A stretch of DNA of 36,519 bases from a virus (Duplodnaviria > Caudoviricetes), in IMG/VR virus record IMGVR_UViG_3300048080_000159, positions 1-36,519 of that record; one strand, given 5' to 3'. The position numbers were made by a program, and so were the translations under genes. The notes under the pieces were generated by a model, which was given only the letters and a program-made list of their open reading frames with translations, did not search any database and had not been told where the DNA came from. Shown piece by piece: positions 34,878 to 36,519 of the stretch; positions within the stretch are counted from its first letter, which is position 1; each line of letters starts with the position of its first letter.

Positions 34878-35275
34878 GTTCAGAATTAGCACTCCTCCCC
34901 CGCTTCATCCGAGCTAAGCAAGCCCCTGCGTACCTTGGCATGTGCCGCGCTGTATTTGACGCGGAAGTACGCCCGCACATCCGAGAATTTCCCATTGGAA
35001 AACAAGGTGTCGCCTTCGACCGGCATGAGCTGGACGAGTGGGCCGACGCCTACATCGCTCGGAAGTCGGTTGAAAAGGCAGCAAATCAGGACAACAATCA
35101 GCCCCGCAGCGAGCGCCGTGGTGGAGCCAAAGGAGATACCCCATGGCCCAAAAAGCAATCTCAGGTCTCCAGCAAATGCCGAGCGGCATCTGGAAAATTG
35201 ACAAAGTCTACAGAGGAGAAAGAATTCAGGAGAGTACTGGCACTCGTAACCGGGCGGAAGCAGAGCAATACCTAA
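34874..35275 (+). CDS. Cognate excisionase-like protein overlapping int
   Basis: PRFIR..QAPAYLGM.R..FD..VRP....PIG.QG.AFDR.ELD.W wHTH pattern; GGAG SD; 133-bp overlap with int. Confidence 0.8.
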   Translation: MSSELALLPRFIRAKQAPAYLGMCRAVFDAEVRPHIREFPIGKQGVAFDRHELDEWADAYIARKSVEKAANQDNNQPRSERRGGAKGDTPWPKKQSQVSSKCRAASGKLTKSTEEKEFRRVLALVTGRKQSNT

Positions 35276-36330
35276 TTCATAAACTCGAAAAACTAAGACA
35301 GCAAAAGGTCTACGGGGTAAAGCAGATCAGGACTTGGCGGGAGGCTTCCACCAAATTCCTGCTGGAAGTGAAGGACCAGGCCTCGATCCATATTTCAGCG
35401 ACGTATATGGCTCAGCTCGACCCCTTCATTGGGGATATGCCGATCACCCATATAGATGACGCGGCCTTGGCCCCGTACATCAAATCGAAGCTGAACCCCA
35501 AGGACGGGAAGAAGCCGGTCACAAACCGGACAGTAAACATCGCCCTTCAGCGAGTCATCCGGGTTTTGAACCTGTGTGCCAGGAAGTGGCGAGATGACGA
35601 GCGCAGACCCTGGCTCGATACCGTGCCGATGATCTCGCTGCTGGATGAGAAGACGACCAGTCGCAAGCCCTACCCGCTTTCGTGGGAAGAGCAATCGATT
35701 CTGTTCTCTGAACTGCCGGCGCATTTGCAGATCATGGCCATGTTCAAGGTCAACACCGGCTGCAGGGAGCAGGAGGTATGCAAACTTCAGTGGGATTGGG
35801 AGATTGCGGTACCGGAACTGGGAACGAGCGTGTTTCTGATCCCGGCCGGCTTTGGAGGCAGGAGCGAACGATCCGGCGTGAAGAACCGGGACGAGCGTTT
35901 GGTGATATTGAACAGCGTGGCCAAGTCGATCATCGAAAAGCAGCGCGGGCAGCACAAGCATTTCGTCTTCCCTTTCGGGATGCCGGATGAGGATGGGAAT
36001 CTGACCATGATTCACCGGATGAACGACTCGGCCTGGAAGCGAGCAAGGATCAGGGCTACCAAGAAGTGGCTCGAAAAACATCTTCGAGCACCACATGAAG
36101 GGTTCACCAGGATCCGGGTTCACGACCTGAAGCACACCTTTGGCAGAAGGTTGCGTGCAGCAGGCGTCACAGAAGAGGATCGAAAGGCATTGCTCGGACA
36201 CAAGAACGGCAGCATCACCAGTCACTACTCAGCCGCAGAGCTGGACCAACTGATTGAAGCTGCGAATAAGGTATCAGTAACCGATTCACGCGCACCAGCG
36301 CTGACGATTTTGAAAAGGAGGCAGGCTTGA
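35143..36330 (+). CDS. int: Tyrosine integrase
   Basis: NTGCREQE (R), VKN (K), HDLKHTFGRRL (HxxK variant), LLGH and SHY motifs; adjacent to the att/tRNA. Confidence 0.96.
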   Translation: MAQKAISGLQQMPSGIWKIDKVYRGERIQESTGTRNRAEAEQYLIHKLEKLRQQKVYGVKQIRTWREASTKFLLEVKDQASIHISATYMAQLDPFIGDMPITHIDDAALAPYIKSKLNPKDGKKPVTNRTVNIALQRVIRVLNLCARKWRDDERRPWLDTVPMISLLDEKTTSRKPYPLSWEEQSILFSELPAHLQIMAMFKVNTGCREQEVCKLQWDWEIAVPELGTSVFLIPAGFGGRSERSGVKNRDERLVILNSVAKSIIEKQRGQHKHFVFPFGMPDEDGNLTMIHRMNDSAWKRARIRATKKWLEKHLRAPHEGFTRIRVHDLKHTFGRRLRAAGVTEEDRKALLGHKNGSITSHYSAAELDQLIEAANKVSVTDSRAPALTILKRRQA

Positions 36331-36409
36331 AGAAAAAACCCTAGCTCACTCGGTAAGTCACTAGGGCAGAAACGACAAAGCCACCAAAAGGCGGCTAAGT
36401 CATTGAATT

Positions 36410-36459
36410 ATATGGTCGGGACGGAGTGATTCGAACACTCGACCCCTAGCACCCCATGC
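36410..36459. repeat. Right att site
   Basis: Identical to 271-320. Confidence 0.97.
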
Positions 36460-36489
36460 TAGTGCGCTACCGGACTGCGCTACGCCCCG
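36413..36489 (-). tRNA. tRNA-Pro (GGG)
   Basis: CGGGGCGTAGCGCAGTCCGGTAGCGCACTAGCATGGGGTGCTAGGGGTCGAGTGTTCGAATCACTCCGTCCCGACCA; 77 nt, anticodon arm CTAGC-ATGGGGT-GCTAG, TTCGAAT T-loop, CCA end. Confidence 0.98.
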
Positions 36490-36519
36490 ACTAGGCGTGA
36501 AACTCGTTCCTCTTCTCGA

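Larger units (their letters stand above)
271..36459. mobile_element. Temperate prophage (HK97-type head, Mu-like contractile tail) integrated in tRNA-Pro(GGG)
   Basis: 50-bp att direct repeats, integrase next to the tRNA, and immunity, replication, packaging, head, tail and lysis modules. Confidence 0.96.

Overview
Almost the whole window is one apparently intact temperate prophage of about 36.1 kb, probably from Pseudomonas. It is integrated at a tRNA-Pro(GGG) gene and bounded by a 50-bp direct repeat (271-320 and 36410-36459). From right to left it carries int with overlapping xis, an early operon with a LuxR-type HTH protein and a CsrA/RsmA homologue, a cI/cro switch with operators, a Bro-N antirepressor, O-like/DnaC-like/DnaB replication genes and a Q-like antiterminator. 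These are followed by morons, holin and spanins, HNH/terminase, an HK97-type head, a Mu-like contractile tail, and an endolysin with a second spanin pair. The most unusual part is the left end: three mutually dissimilar excisionase/AlpA-type genes in tandem with no cognate integrase, one still carrying what looks like the decayed start of its former integrase. A (TGAGCCA)6 repeat and a LexA-boxed gene follow. Also notable are a three-hairpin element with identical hexaloops (probable antisense RNA), a repressor that seems to lack the usual autocleavage site, and the frameshifted tail of an older integrase just outside the left att. All family assignments are from motif recognition; no database searches were run.
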